Shown: positions 42,362 to 52,838, numbered from the stretch's first letter. The stretch: DNA of 64,000 nucleotides from a bacterium (GCA_965200245.1 CBDATS010000004.1:896001-960000), one strand, 5' to 3'. Numbers and translations are program-made. Notes: generated by a model from the sequence alone, not told the origin.

Positions 42362-42719
42362 TGGTGGAGGCGGCGGGAATCGAACCCGCGTCCGAAAAGC
42401 TTCCGTCGTGAGCGTCTACGCGCGTAGCCGGTGGTAAGGGTTTCGCACGGGCTCAAGCCCACCGGCGGGCCATCATCCGGGCTAGTCCGATTCGAATTCG
42501 CCTAACAGGCTCCGGACCGAAACCTGGGTCGGCTAGTCCGCATCATGACGTTCCACACCTTACCCGCGGACGAGGCAGGGGGGAACGCTCGCTAGCTAGG
42601 CAGCGAGAGCCAGCTCGTTGTCGGCTGGTGAGATTTTGCCACATTGATAACGGGGCCAAGTGGCGTCCCCGGCGCGCAGCTCAGACTTCAAATCCTCCCG
42701 TCGAAACCGGATCGCCCCC
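42362..42719 (-). ncRNA. ssrA: tmRNA; tag peptide ADNELALAA*
   Basis: 5' GGGGGCGATCCGGTTTCGAC; 3' GCGGGTTCGATTCCCGCCGCCTCCACCA; internal ORF ending ELALAA-TAG; downstream of smpB. Confidence 0.97.
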
Positions 42720-42780
42720 ATAAGAGATAAACCTCGGTACCCGGAGCGGCGATCATCATTCCGGGCCCAATCCAGATACG

Positions 42781-42990
42781 CTATCTGCGACTTCTCCACA
42801 TCCTGGGATAGAAGACGTAACTCAGATACACTGCAGGAAACAGGAATGTCAGCCACAGCCAGAGCAGCCAGTCCTCAAACGCTCCCGGCCAGGTGGCACC
42901 GACCGCCAGGCCGAACGCGGTCATCATGATTTTCAGCAGACTCACCTGCCACCATCGCAAGGTATAGTCCCTGAAAATTTTCCGCATCAT
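42781..42990 (-). CDS. Small two-TM Trp-rich membrane protein
   Basis: ATGA overlap with the smpB stop; [31 protein letters not shown]. Confidence 0.6.
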   Translation of the reverse strand: MMRKIFRDYTLRWWQVSLLKIMMTAFGLAVGATWPGAFEDWLLWLWLTFLFPAVYLSYVFYPRMWRSRR

Positions 42991-43448
42991 CTGTTTCTCT
43001 CCCTGAGCGCGCGTTCAATTTCACGGTTCGCGGCGCGCTTTTTGAGTTCCTCGCGACGGTCGTGGAACTTTTTGCCCTTTCCAACGCCGATTTCCACCTT
43101 CGCGCGGCCCCCGGTAAAATACATCTTCATCGGAACGAGGGTCATCCCCCGCTCGTTCACGCGGCCGATCAAGCGTCCGACTTCGCGCTTGTGGAGCAGC
43201 AACTTACGCCTGCGGGTGGGTTCATGGTTATAGATGTTGCCATGTCCGTAGGGGCTGATGTGGCAATCCACCAACCAGGCTTCACCGCCGACGATGTCGC
43301 CGTAGCTCTCCTTCAGGTTCGCCCGGCCCTCACGGAGCGCCTTCACTTCTGTACCCGTGAGAACGAGGCCGGCCTCGTAGGTCTCGTCAATCGCATAATC
43401 GGCCCGCGCGCGCCTGTTCTCTGCGATTATCTTGATTCCGCCCGCCAT
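42987..43448 (-). CDS. smpB: SsrA-binding protein
   Basis: [40 protein letters not shown]. Confidence 0.97.
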   Translation of the reverse strand: MAGGIKIIAENRRARADYAIDETYEAGLVLTGTEVKALREGRANLKESYGDIVGGEAWLVDCHISPYGHGNIYNHEPTRRRKLLLHKREVGRLIGRVNERGMTLVPMKMYFTGGRAKVEIGVGKGKKFHDRREELKKRAANREIERALRERNR

Positions 43449-43562
43449 CCCAGGACCTCATGAAACCCAGGAAAAAGAAAAAGGAGCACATCGCTCCCCG
43501 CGTCTGCCCCATATCGAAGAAACAATATAGTCCTTTATGGAATTTTTCGCCACCTAGCGAAT

Positions 43563-45893
43563 TTACCGGAACAAGAGAGAACAGGAGTTCAGACGTTCAG
43601 GAAACTCCGCGGCGTCTGTCCCGCTTCGGTGCCGCCTTTCCCTTCTTCTTCTTCCGGGGAACGGGGCCCTTTTTTTCTCTGTGCGTCGAACGTCTGTGCG
43701 CATGGCCACGTGGCGCGATCCGACCGCATCTCCGAGTATTTCCCTCGTCCCACCCGCTAGGAGTTGGAACGTGACTCGGCGCGAAGCCAAGTCCACGCCC
43801 TCCACACGTACAGTGACGGAATCACCCAGACGGAACCTCCGACCCGTTCTTCGGCCATACAGCACGTGTTCCTCGGGAATGTAGGCGTAATAATCGTCCG
43901 TCATGAATTCCAGAGGTGTCATGCCCTCCACGAAAACGTCTTCAAGCTCCACGAAAATCCCGAAATTCGTGACGCCCGAGACGTGGCCGCGAAATCGCTC
44001 GCCGATTTTATCGCGCATGAAAAGCGCCTTCATGAAATCGACCATTTCGCGTGAGGCGGCCTCCGCCGCCCGGTCTCGTTCGGAAATATCACGGCAAAGG
44101 GCGACGAGTGGCTTCGCTTGCGGCTTCCTCCCGTCGCCACGTATGAGACGCGCGAGCCTCCTGTGGACACACAGGTCCGCATAGCGGCGAATCGGCGAGG
44201 TGAAATGCGTGTAGCGCTCGAAACCAAGTCCGAAGTGAAGAGCGGGCGCGGCTTCATAGCGCGCCAGTTTCATACTTCTCAGGGCAGCGAGGTTCACGTA
44301 GCGTTCCACGCTTGAGCCGCGCACGGCGTCGAACACCTCCTGAAACCCGCCCGGCTTCTTGAGCACTTCAAGACGCGGGGCCTTCAGGCCCAGTTTGGAG
44401 AGAATCGCCCTCAAACCCTCAAGATTCTCCTCCTCTGGTGCCTCATGGACGCGAAAGACAGAAGCCCCGCCCACCTCGGCGAGATATTCGGCCACCTCCC
44501 GGTTCGCCACCAGCATGCATTCCTCAATGAGTCTGTGTGCCGCGGTTCTCGGCGCGCACGCAACGCCAGACGGCATCCCCTCTGCATCGAGATGCACCTG
44601 CACTTCGGGCAGATCGAAGTCGAGGCTTCCACTACGCATGCGTTTTGTCTGGAGCTTCTCTGCAAGAGCGGACAATTGTCTGAGTGGCTCTTCGAGCGAA
44701 CGCGCGCTTTCGACCTCATCTTTCTGCGAAATCCTGTCATTCTCCAGAACGGCCGCCGCGCCACGGTAGGTCAAAGATACGCGCGAGCGAATCCGCGCGA
44801 AGGTGAGCCGCAATCCCGTCCGGTTTCCGTAACGGTCGAAATCAAGCATGACGCTCAGTGTGCGCCGGACGGCTCCTTCACGCAGGGAACATACCTCGCC
44901 CGTCAGGCGGGGCGGCAGCATCGGAACCGCCCTGTCCGGCAGGTAGACGCTCGTCCCCCGGGCAAGGGCTTCCCTGTCGATGGCACCGCCTCGCTTCACG
45001 TAATGGCCCACGTCGGCCACATGCACGCCCAGACGGCATCCTCCGAACTTGAGTTTTTCTATCGAAACCGCGTCGTCACGGTCGCGCGCGTCGAAGGGAT
45101 CGATGGTGAATGTGCACAACGAACGGAAATCCTCCACTCCCTCCGGAAAGGGGTCGTCCTCCCCCAGCGGAAAGAGCCTCGCCTCCTCATCCAGTGCTTT
45201 TTGGGGAAATTTCTCGTTTATCCCGTACTTGGCGAGCACCATCCGCCCCTCGGCGACGGGGTCTTCGGGATAACCAAACGAGCGGAGGATGCACCCTCTG
45301 GCGGGTTCTCCCTGCGTTGGGTAACGGGTAATTTCCACCTCCACCCACTCGTCGCGCCTGGCGCCTCCCCGCGCCTCCGCGCCCAGTACCACGGGGTGTG
45401 GAATGCGTTCGCTTTGCGGCTCTACCCACGCGCTTCGGCCCTCGACACAAAGCCTGCCGACCAGGGTCCGGTGTGCGCGCTCGATTATTTCGAGCACGCT
45501 GCCCTCGCGTCTTCCGTCCGGATAAACCTTCTCCACACAGGAGGAGACCATATCGCCGTCCATTGCACCGCGCGTTCTGGTTTTCCTGATCATGATGTCT
45601 GGGGATTTGCCCTCATACCCGTCCCGACTCGGCACGACGAACCCGTAACCCTGCGCGTGCCCCCGGAAAACACCCTGATAGATGGAAAGAGAACCCGGAG
45701 TCGAAAAGCGCCCTCGAACACGCACGAGCACACCTTCTTCCGCCATGGCGCGCAAGCGCTTTCTGAGCGCAGGCCGAGCGTTGGAATGCACGTCGAGCAA
45801 ACGTACGAGTTCGCGCACGGCCATTGGCCTGCCCTGATCCGTGAGCAGGCGAAGTATGGTCCTATCGTCTGGAATCGTTTGGCTTCCCTTCAT
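43563..45893 (-). CDS. rnr: Ribonuclease R
   Basis: TIDPFDARDRDDA, GTSVYLPD..PMLP, YTHFTSPIRRYADL, S1 domain; basic tail possibly frameshifted at an A7 run. Confidence 0.95.
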   Translation of the reverse strand: MKGSQTIPDDRTILRLLTDQGRPMAVRELVRLLDVHSNARPALRKRLRAMAEEGVLVRVRGRFSTPGSLSIYQGVFRGHAQGYGFVVPSRDGYEGKSPDIMIRKTRTRGAMDGDMVSSCVEKVYPDGRREGSVLEIIERAHRTLVGRLCVEGRSAWVEPQSERIPHPVVLGAEARGGARRDEWVEVEITRYPTQGEPARGCILRSFGYPEDPVAEGRMVLAKYGINEKFPQKALDEEARLFPLGEDDPFPEGVEDFRSLCTFTIDPFDARDRDDAVSIEKLKFGGCRLGVHVADVGHYVKRGGAIDREALARGTSVYLPDRAVPMLPPRLTGEVCSLREGAVRRTLSVMLDFDRYGNRTGLRLTFARIRSRVSLTYRGAAAVLENDRISQKDEVESARSLEEPLRQLSALAEKLQTKRMRSGSLDFDLPEVQVHLDAEGMPSGVACAPRTAAHRLIEECMLVANREVAEYLAEVGGASVFRVHEAPEEENLEGLRAILSKLGLKAPRLEVLKKPGGFQEVFDAVRGSSVERYVNLAALRSMKLARYEAAPALHFGLGFERYTHFTSPIRRYADLCVHRRLARLIRGDGRKPQAKPLVALCRDISERDRAAEAASREMVDFMKALFMRDKIGERFRGHVSGVTNFGIFVELEDVFVEGMTPLEFMTDDYYAYIPEEHVLYGRRTGRRFRLGDSVTVRVEGVDLASRRVTFQLLAGGTREILGDAVGSRHVAMRTDVRRTEKKRAPFPGRRRRERRHRSGTDAAEFPERLNSCSLLFR

Positions 45894-45905
45894 GAACGGT
45901 CCGAC

Positions 45906-46568
45906 TCATTCCACCTCATGGGCGAAAACCTGGTGGCAGTCCACCACATCGCCCTCAGCGAGCTGCACACAGGTCAGGCATCCGCCGTGCACAGCACGCG
46001 TGTCGATACCCAGGTAATACGGGAGCCTGTTGTTGAGACCGTCGGTTTGCGTGTGGCCGAAGACGACGGGCTTTCCGAAATCGTACTCCGCATAAAGAAA
46101 TTCCTCCCGTATCCAGACAAGATCCATCGGGTCCTGGCGGTCGATGGGAACACCTGGCCTCAGTCCCGCATGCACGAAGATGAAACCACGGCTCACGTGA
46201 AGCCACTCAAGGTTGTTGAAAAACCCGATATGCCCCGAGGGCAGCCGGATGTCACCATTCTCGTTGCGGTAGTTCTCCAGCGTCGCGCGTCCTCCGTTCA
46301 TCAGATAGACATCCGGATAATAGCTCCCGCCGCCTGCAAGATAATCCAGGAGCATATCCTCGTGGTTTCCGCGCAAGAACCTGGATTCAGGATATTCGTT
46401 CTTGAAGCGGATCAGCAAATCGACTACGGCCCTGGAATCCCGCCCCCGGTCGATGGCATCACCGAGAAAGACAACTTCATCGTCCTTTTGGAAGGGCACA
46501 CGCTCCACCAGGGCTTCCAGCATGTGAATCTGGCCATGGATGTCGCCGACCGCGTAGAGGTTGGACAT
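45906..46568 (-). CDS. Metallophosphoesterase (Ser/Thr phosphatase PPP family)
   Basis: GDIHG, LGDAIDRG, RGNHE, FVHAG, FGHT, GIDT. Confidence 0.92.
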   Translation of the reverse strand: MSNLYAVGDIHGQIHMLEALVERVPFQKDDEVVFLGDAIDRGRDSRAVVDLLIRFKNEYPESRFLRGNHEDMLLDYLAGGGSYYPDVYLMNGGRATLENYRNENGDIRLPSGHIGFFNNLEWLHVSRGFIFVHAGLRPGVPIDRQDPMDLVWIREEFLYAEYDFGKPVVFGHTQTDGLNNRLPYYLGIDTRAVHGGCLTCVQLAEGDVVDCHQVFAHEVE

Positions 46569-46586
46569 GCCGAATTCGGGCCTCCG

Positions 46587-49316
46587 CTATTTTAACTCGC
46601 CCCAGTTATTTCCGGTACTCACGTCCACGTCGAGAGGAACGAGGAGGGGCAATGCACCACGCATCTCCTCTGCGACGAGGGCCGCCACGGCTTCCAGTTC
46701 TTCGGGCGGTATTTCGAACAGGAGTTCATCGTGCACCTGCACCAGCATGCGCGCTTCCCTTTCCTCTTTCTTCAGGCGATCAGCGATGGCTATCATCGCG
46801 AGCTTGATGATATCGGCCGCACTGCCCTGGATAACGGAGTTCACTGCCGTTCGCTCGGCGGCGTTTTTCGCGTTCCGGTTTCGGCTGTTCAGATCGGGGA
46901 GATACCTGCGCCGGCCCATGATGGTGGAGACGTAACCGCACGCCTTCGCCTTCTCAATGGTTTCGTTCACGAAGGCGGGCACGGCGGCGAATCGTTCAAA
47001 ATAGATGTCAATGAACGAGCGCGCCTCGGATTGCGGGATGCCGATGGTCTGGGAGAGTCCAAAGGCTCCCTGTCCGTAGATGATCCCGAAATTCACCGCC
47101 TTGGCGACGCGGCGCATTTCGAAATCCACTCCCTCAAGCCCCACGCCGTAGACGGCCGATGCGGTAGTGGCGTGGATATCCTCCCCTTTCCCGAAGGCGT
47201 CAACAAGAGCCGGATCGTTCGTGAAATGGGCCAGCACTCTCAGTTCGATCTGGCTGTAATCCGCGGACAGGAGCCTCCATCCCTCCCTGGGCAGGAAAGC
47301 CTGGCGAATCTGGCGGCCCAAATCCGTGCGGATGGGGATGTTCTGCAGATTGGGATCCGAACCGCTCAGGCGGCCCGTGGCGGCGACGGTCTGGTTAAAA
47401 CGCGCGTGGATGCGACCCGTCCGGGCGTTCACGAGTTCGGGCAGGGTATCCACGTAAGTGCTCTTGAGCTTTGACAGCTGCCTGAAGTTCAGAATCTCCT
47501 GGGGCAATGGATGCTGCGGTGCCAGCCTCTCCAGCGTGTCAATATCCGTGGAGGGACCCGTCTTCGTTCTCTTGAACACCGGGAGGTTCAGCTTCTCAAA
47601 CAGGATGACGCGCAACTGCTTGGTGGAGTTGATGTTGAATGTCTCGCCCGCGAGTTCGTGGATATCGATTGTCATCTGATCGAGGCGCACTTCGAGTTCC
47701 TTGCCCATATTCTGCAAAAATTCCCGATCCAGCCGGATACCCGCGCGTTCCATATCGAGCAGGACACGCAGGAGTGGGACTTCCAACTCCTCGAAAAGGT
47801 TCATCAGCCCGTCGCGTTCCAGTTGCGGGGCCATCTCGGCGGCGAGTCGGAAGGTGATGTCGGCGTCCTGGCAGGCGTAAGGGGCCGCCGCCTCGATGGG
47901 TACATGGGAGAAAGGAATCTCCTTCGCCCCCTTGCCGCACAAATCGGCGTACTTGATGGTTGTGACTCCGAAATACTCCTGCGCCAGATGGTCCAGCCCG
48001 TGGCTCCTGCGGCTCGAGAGCAGGAGGTAGGATGCGAGCATGGTGTCGAACAAGGGACCGCGAACGTCGAGGCCGGCCTCCTTGATCACCGCCATGTCGT
48101 ATTTGATGTTCTGTCCGATTTTCTCGATCTCGGGCGATTCCAGAAGCGGCGAGATATCCCGGAGCACATCCTCAAGCAGAAGCTGGGGACCTGCGTCCAT
48201 CATCTCGTGTCCCACGGGAACGTAAAATGCACGACCCGCACAGGCGGAGAAACTCAGTCCCACGATTCGTGCCTGCATGGGATCGAGCGAGGTGGTTTCC
48301 AGATCGAACGCAAATCGCCCTGCCTTCTCGAGTTCCGCGATCATCGTATCCAACTCTTCGGAGGTACGAACGACATGGTAGTCGCGCTCCTCCCCTTCAT
48401 CTGCGCCGGCCGCCTCCGAAGCTGTTTCTTCGGCGTCTTCTGCGCTGTAGCCGGGGAGTTGCCCGATGATGTTCCTGAATTCGAGTTCCTCGACGAAGAG
48501 TTTCCGGCCCGCCTCGATATCGGCGTCACCAAGACGACAGGACTCGAGATCCCCTTCGAGCGGCAAATCTCGCTTGATTGTGCAAAGCTCCCGCGAGAGT
48601 TTGGCCATTTCCATGTTTTCCTCGATGTTCCGGCGCTGCCCGGGGCGCTTTATCTGATCGGTGGATGCGAGCACTTGGTCGAGTCCGCCGAACTGCTGAA
48701 TCAGGACGACGGCGGTTTTCTCCCCGATACCCGGCACACCCGGAATGTTGTCCGTCGAATCGCCCATGAGCGCCTGGATGTCCACGAATTTCTCGGGCGG
48801 AACACCCCATTTGGTCTCGATTTCCACAGGTCCCATCTCCTCGTCCTTCATCGGGTCCCAGATGCGGACATTTTGGGAAACGAGCTGGGCGAAATCCTTG
48901 TCCGCCGTCACCAGAACGACCTCGAAGTCCTCTGCTTCCGCGCGTGCGGCCAGCGTGCCGATGATGTCATCAGCCTCGGCACCCACCTGCACAAGGAGGG
49001 GAATCCGCAGCACCTCGACCACGCGGTGCATGTAGGGTATCTGCTGGACCAGATCTTCCGGCGCTGCGTCCCTGTTCCCCTTGTAGGCAGGGTAAAGCTT
49101 GTGACGGAACGTGGGTTCAGGGCGATCGAAGGCAATGGCGACGTACTCGGGCGCGCGCTCCCGAATAACCTTCAGGAGCATTCTGGCAAAGGCCAGGGTA
49201 CCGCCCGTGGGCACACCCTTCGAGTTCGAAAGGCGCTGACGCATCGTGCCGTAATAGGCCCGGAACATGTAACCCGACCCATCGATGAGATAGATTCGTT
49301 TCCTGTCTTCGCTCAT
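46587..49316 (-). CDS. polA: DNA polymerase I
   Basis: LIDGS..FRAYY, GDSTDNIPGVPGIGEKTA, FDLETT, ADYSQIELR, KAVNFGIIYG, QVHDEL. Confidence 0.98.
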   Translation of the reverse strand: MSEDRKRIYLIDGSGYMFRAYYGTMRQRLSNSKGVPTGGTLAFARMLLKVIRERAPEYVAIAFDRPEPTFRHKLYPAYKGNRDAAPEDLVQQIPYMHRVVEVLRIPLLVQVGAEADDIIGTLAARAEAEDFEVVLVTADKDFAQLVSQNVRIWDPMKDEEMGPVEIETKWGVPPEKFVDIQALMGDSTDNIPGVPGIGEKTAVVLIQQFGGLDQVLASTDQIKRPGQRRNIEENMEMAKLSRELCTIKRDLPLEGDLESCRLGDADIEAGRKLFVEELEFRNIIGQLPGYSAEDAEETASEAAGADEGEERDYHVVRTSEELDTMIAELEKAGRFAFDLETTSLDPMQARIVGLSFSACAGRAFYVPVGHEMMDAGPQLLLEDVLRDISPLLESPEIEKIGQNIKYDMAVIKEAGLDVRGPLFDTMLASYLLLSSRRSHGLDHLAQEYFGVTTIKYADLCGKGAKEIPFSHVPIEAAAPYACQDADITFRLAAEMAPQLERDGLMNLFEELEVPLLRVLLDMERAGIRLDREFLQNMGKELEVRLDQMTIDIHELAGETFNINSTKQLRVILFEKLNLPVFKRTKTGPSTDIDTLERLAPQHPLPQEILNFRQLSKLKSTYVDTLPELVNARTGRIHARFNQTVAATGRLSGSDPNLQNIPIRTDLGRQIRQAFLPREGWRLLSADYSQIELRVLAHFTNDPALVDAFGKGEDIHATTASAVYGVGLEGVDFEMRRVAKAVNFGIIYGQGAFGLSQTIGIPQSEARSFIDIYFERFAAVPAFVNETIEKAKACGYVSTIMGRRRYLPDLNSRNRNAKNAAERTAVNSVIQGSAADIIKLAMIAIADRLKKEEREARMLVQVHDELLFEIPPEELEAVAALVAEEMRGALPLLVPLDVDVSTGNNWGELK

Positions 49317-49695
49317 CTATCAACACAAAAAAGAGGAAAGGGGCGGCTCGGCTCCAAAGTTGCATGAGAACGCTTTTCCCGCAACCCGCAGCGGAGAATC
49401 CCGCCTGTGAGTTCGGGGTTCCGGTTTCGCATGGAACGGCCTGTGCGCTTTCCTGAGCCCGATTTCGGGCTGGTACGCACTTCCTGTCTCTTCATTGAGT
49501 TATATCTATATGTAAGACTAGGCTGTCGATCCTGAATTCTGAAAATTACGAAATAATATTGCCTCGTGACGCTCCGCACTCTCACTTTCGCATCGGCCCC
49601 AAAGCGTCTACAGGACAAATGCGAACGCGACGAGAATAGGAGGATAAAGGAAAGATGGGGTAAGGGTTGAAAAGAAGAATATGCGAATGCTTAGA

Positions 49696-50925
49696 TTATT
49701 GTTCGCCTTTAGGTTGATTACCTGCCAGTAAGCGAACCATGAATCTTTCGCCTTCCTCAAGGAGAATCGGATCGGTTCCGTTATGTTCCTGCATTCCACG
49801 AACGATTATACGAGGTACGCCCATTTCCATGTGTTCCAAATATCCGTAGTCACGCATTATGTCCTTCAGGAGTTGATTTCTCGCTGTTCGGGTTCCGATG
49901 CGCATACGATCCGGCGTAATTCCGTTTGGGAGTTTACCGGGTGAGATTACTTCTAACCTGTCATCATAAATTGCCAACTCAATATCCGTATTTGCCAAAA
50001 AATAGTCACGGTGAATCAGAGCATTTACCATCGTCTCTCTGATTACCTTGTCTGGATATGTTCTTTTTTCCACACGACGTACACCATCTTCCAGCACGGA
50101 AGTTATTGGAGTGTTTCGTCTAACAAAATCCAATGCCTGCTCGACTAGCCCAGATTCCAGAATCGCGCCATATTGATCTTGCAGAGGTGTCATCGGCCCC
50201 CGTAAAAGCGCTCGCTCTCTAGCACTATAATCTTTTTCTGTTCCAGGAAATGCTACTGCATCAATACCTGCCTGTGGCAAAAACCGATTTGGTGTTTTTC
50301 CAAACAAGAGCATACCAGAAAGGGTGACGCCTTCTTCAATCATTATTTCTGTATTGATAAGCCAGGTTTGCCATCCCGAGTCGTTGGTATCTGCTGGAAC
50401 TTCCTGCTGGCGAACTCGGGTAAAGTAATCCTTGAGCCGACGGCGGTCCAAATCGTTAATCGTTGCACCTGAGACAATTCGCAAGTCAGCACGAAATGTG
50501 CCACGTTGTTGAAACAACCGACCAAGTTCCTGCGGTGTAGGCTCCCGACTTTGCGAACCTACTCGAATGTAATAAATATTCCTGTTATTATGCCAGAGGC
50601 TATGTACATCCCCGCCACGGGGAATACGCACAATCGCCACTTCTTTGCCCCCTCCTACATCCTTGATCGTCTCAAAAAACGGAATGATGGCAGGCCGGAT
50701 TTTGTCCCGGCATGCAGTCATGACCCACTCTTCCAGACGGTCTCGCTTCAGTCCGTCAATGTTTCCATTATCGTCCACGCCCAGCAGAACCATTCCACCT
50801 TCCAAGTTCGAGAATGCGACGAGTTCTTTTGCCAAGTCATGGTTTTGCAAGACATCTAGTTTGAATTCTACACCCGAATTTTCACCATTCGAGATTATTT
50901 CGAGCAATTCCGTTCGAGTCATCAT
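49696..50925 (-). CDS. Schlafen/AlbA_2 domain plus HATPase_c_4 (RecG-C-like) protein
   Basis: GENSGVEFK, AFSNLEGG..LLGVDD, RE..VNALIHRDY, LEVISPG; visibly lower GC than flanks. Confidence 0.88.
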   Translation of the reverse strand: MMTRTELLEIISNGENSGVEFKLDVLQNHDLAKELVAFSNLEGGMVLLGVDDNGNIDGLKRDRLEEWVMTACRDKIRPAIIPFFETIKDVGGGKEVAIVRIPRGGDVHSLWHNNRNIYYIRVGSQSREPTPQELGRLFQQRGTFRADLRIVSGATINDLDRRRLKDYFTRVRQQEVPADTNDSGWQTWLINTEIMIEEGVTLSGMLLFGKTPNRFLPQAGIDAVAFPGTEKDYSARERALLRGPMTPLQDQYGAILESGLVEQALDFVRRNTPITSVLEDGVRRVEKRTYPDKVIRETMVNALIHRDYFLANTDIELAIYDDRLEVISPGKLPNGITPDRMRIGTRTARNQLLKDIMRDYGYLEHMEMGVPRIIVRGMQEHNGTDPILLEEGERFMVRLLAGNQPKGEQ

Positions 50926-50928
50926 ATT

Positions 50929-51275
50929 TTAGAAACCATACTTCGAGCGACGTAACTCGAAGGCATCCTTTCCACCTTCGAGGACTTCCGCGACCAATTC
51001 TCGTACTGGCTCAGAATCAATGGAACCCATATGTTTGGAGCAAACCTAGCCTGTCTCTCTTCCTCTTCCGCTTCACCAGAAGCAGCAAGCCCCAAGATGA
51101 GTTCCGCATCGCCTAGCACAGGAATGTTTGCGTTATGTGTAGAGAAAATGAACTGTCGCAGTCGCTTTTCCCGTCTCATGATTGGCACTACGCTTTCTAT
51201 AATGAAACGATTGTCAAGATCATCTTCGGGTTGATCAACTATGAGAGGGGCGTCGGATTCCAGGAACAGTAACTC
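50929..51275 (-). pseudogene. C-terminal remnant of a TrlF-like (PHP-AAA) ATPase
   Basis: ESDAPLIVDQPEDDLDN, RQFIFSTHNANIPVLGDAE; after a frameshift, EVLEGGKDAFELRRSKYGF*. Confidence 0.75.
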
Positions 51276-51378
51276 TATTCTTCTCCCTTTGAACTTAATG
51301 AATCGTTTATCATACACCCACATTTTTTCACCATGGTTAAGTCCTGCAAATGCTGGAAGAGACCAAGAAGCTTCCACC

Positions 51379-51590
51379 CACGATCCGTCGCTCTACGAAC
51401 ATGGAGGAACCGTAGACGCGGCGCAGAGCGGCGAGGAATACTGTCAGACCCTGCGCAAGGTGCTTGTCGACAACCGCGAGGGGATAGTCCGTATGCCGTG
51501 GAAGATCGGTTCCGGCATGGCTGCGGGAGCGTGTTGCGGCATCTTCTTTTGCGCGGTCGTGTGTAGCAAGAGCGTGGGAAATCGAACCAT
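51379..51590 (+). pseudogene. Possible internal fragment of an SNF2/PLD-helicase-like defence protein
   Basis: DPSLYEHGGT..AAQSGEEYCQTLRK..MPWKIGSGM..GIFFCAVV recalls the C-terminal region of such helicases; recognition by eye only. Confidence 0.4.
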
Positions 51591-51716
51591 TGTCGAACAG
51601 GCAGTTTGCATTGTATTTTTTCATTCTGGTGTACTCTGGAATTCAGAACCGATGAGAGTAGATATATTTGGCATTTCACCCCTTTCTTGTTCGAACGGGA
51701 ACTGAAGGCGGAAAGC

Positions 51717-51743
51717 GGAATTCCGGCATGCGCCAGAATGACG
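51717..51743. repeat. REP-like palindrome (GTCATTC type)
   Basis: Minus strand CGTCATTCTGGCGCATGCCGGAATTCC. Confidence 0.5.
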
Positions 51744-51942
51744 GTCACGGGCAATCGCAGGGGAAATGGAATCTATTTCTTTGTTCTGCACATCACCGCC
51801 ACCCCCTGCCGGTGAGGGGACGAATCACGACCTCTCTCTACAATAGCCCCTTCCCCTTCCGTATGCACCCCTGTTATCCTGTTCATATCTGGTGCCGTAT
51901 GTTCACGAAATCCAACAGCTACCGGCGAGGAGGTTTCCATTC

Positions 51943-52707
51943 ATGTCTGCAGGATGCTGCGACGATGCGGAACGCATCAAAAACGCGGTTCGAGAACTCT
52001 ATGCCAAAGTCGCCACGGGCGAGGTCACATGCTGTGGAGATCCGGGAGCCGAGATGCCTACGGGCATGGAGAACATCGAGAGCATCAACTATGCGAAAGA
52101 TGCCGTGGGAGAGTTTCCCGCGGACATTCTGAACGCGAATGCAGGCTGCGGGAACCCGGTCCAGGACGCGCATCCCCAACCGGGCGAGACGGTACTCGAT
52201 TTGGGCTCGGGTGCGGGCCTTGACTGTTTTCTCGCCGCAAAGGAGGTGGGGCCGGACGGGAACGTGATCGGCATAGACATGACGGACGCCATGCTGGAGA
52301 AGGCAGAGAGAAACAGACAGAGTATGGGCACCGCGAACGTATCGTTCCGAAAGGACGACATGGAGAACATGCCGGTTGAAGACGCTTCAGTCGACGTCGT
52401 CATCAGCAACTGCGTCATCAACCTCTCACCGGACAAGCCGGCCGTGTTTCGCGAATCGTTTCGCGTTCTGCGCCCGGGCGGGCGCTTCGTCGTTTCCGAC
52501 GTCATCCGGGCGGTAGGCGAAACCACCGAACTTCCCGGAGAAACCTCCATCGCGGACTGGTGCGCATGCATCGCGGGCGCCATCAGCGAGGATGCGTACA
52601 TGACCAACCTGCGCAAGGCCGGTTTTTCCAACGTCGAAATCATCAACCGAAACCCCTATGCAGTCCCCGAACTCATGAGCGCCACCATACGCGCCGTCAA
52701 ACCCTGA
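51943..52707 (+). CDS. arsM: Arsenite S-adenosylmethionine methyltransferase
   Basis: AGCGNP, VLDLGSGAGLDCF, DVVISNCVINL, WCACIAGA, N-terminal CC pairs; GAGGAGG RBS. Confidence 0.88.
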   Translation: MSAGCCDDAERIKNAVRELYAKVATGEVTCCGDPGAEMPTGMENIESINYAKDAVGEFPADILNANAGCGNPVQDAHPQPGETVLDLGSGAGLDCFLAAKEVGPDGNVIGIDMTDAMLEKAERNRQSMGTANVSFRKDDMENMPVEDASVDVVISNCVINLSPDKPAVFRESFRVLRPGGRFVVSDVIRAVGETTELPGETSIADWCACIAGAISEDAYMTNLRKAGFSNVEIINRNPYAVPELMSATIRAVKP

Positions 52708-52838
52708 AATTCCCTGCTTTCATCAAAGCAGAAACATCGAGATTGCTCTGCTCTTGGGATGGCGCTCCATGGTTGACGCCTCTCGTTCGCGGGTGCTAAC
52801 AATCCGGTTCGACCTTTCACGCTACGGAGACGAAAAGA

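Noticed and set aside
42596-42856. 86-aa ORF ending ADNELALAA
   Set aside because: This is the tmRNA tag frame extended upstream, not a protein gene
44445-49367. Long + strand ORFs (716 aa, 618 aa)
   Set aside because: Antisense shadows of rnr, the phosphatase and polA, expected from high-GC codon bias; no motifs
51943-52707. Possible selenocysteine recoding in ArsM or the DsrE-like protein
   Set aside because: No in-frame TGA; the relevant positions are Cys or Gly codons
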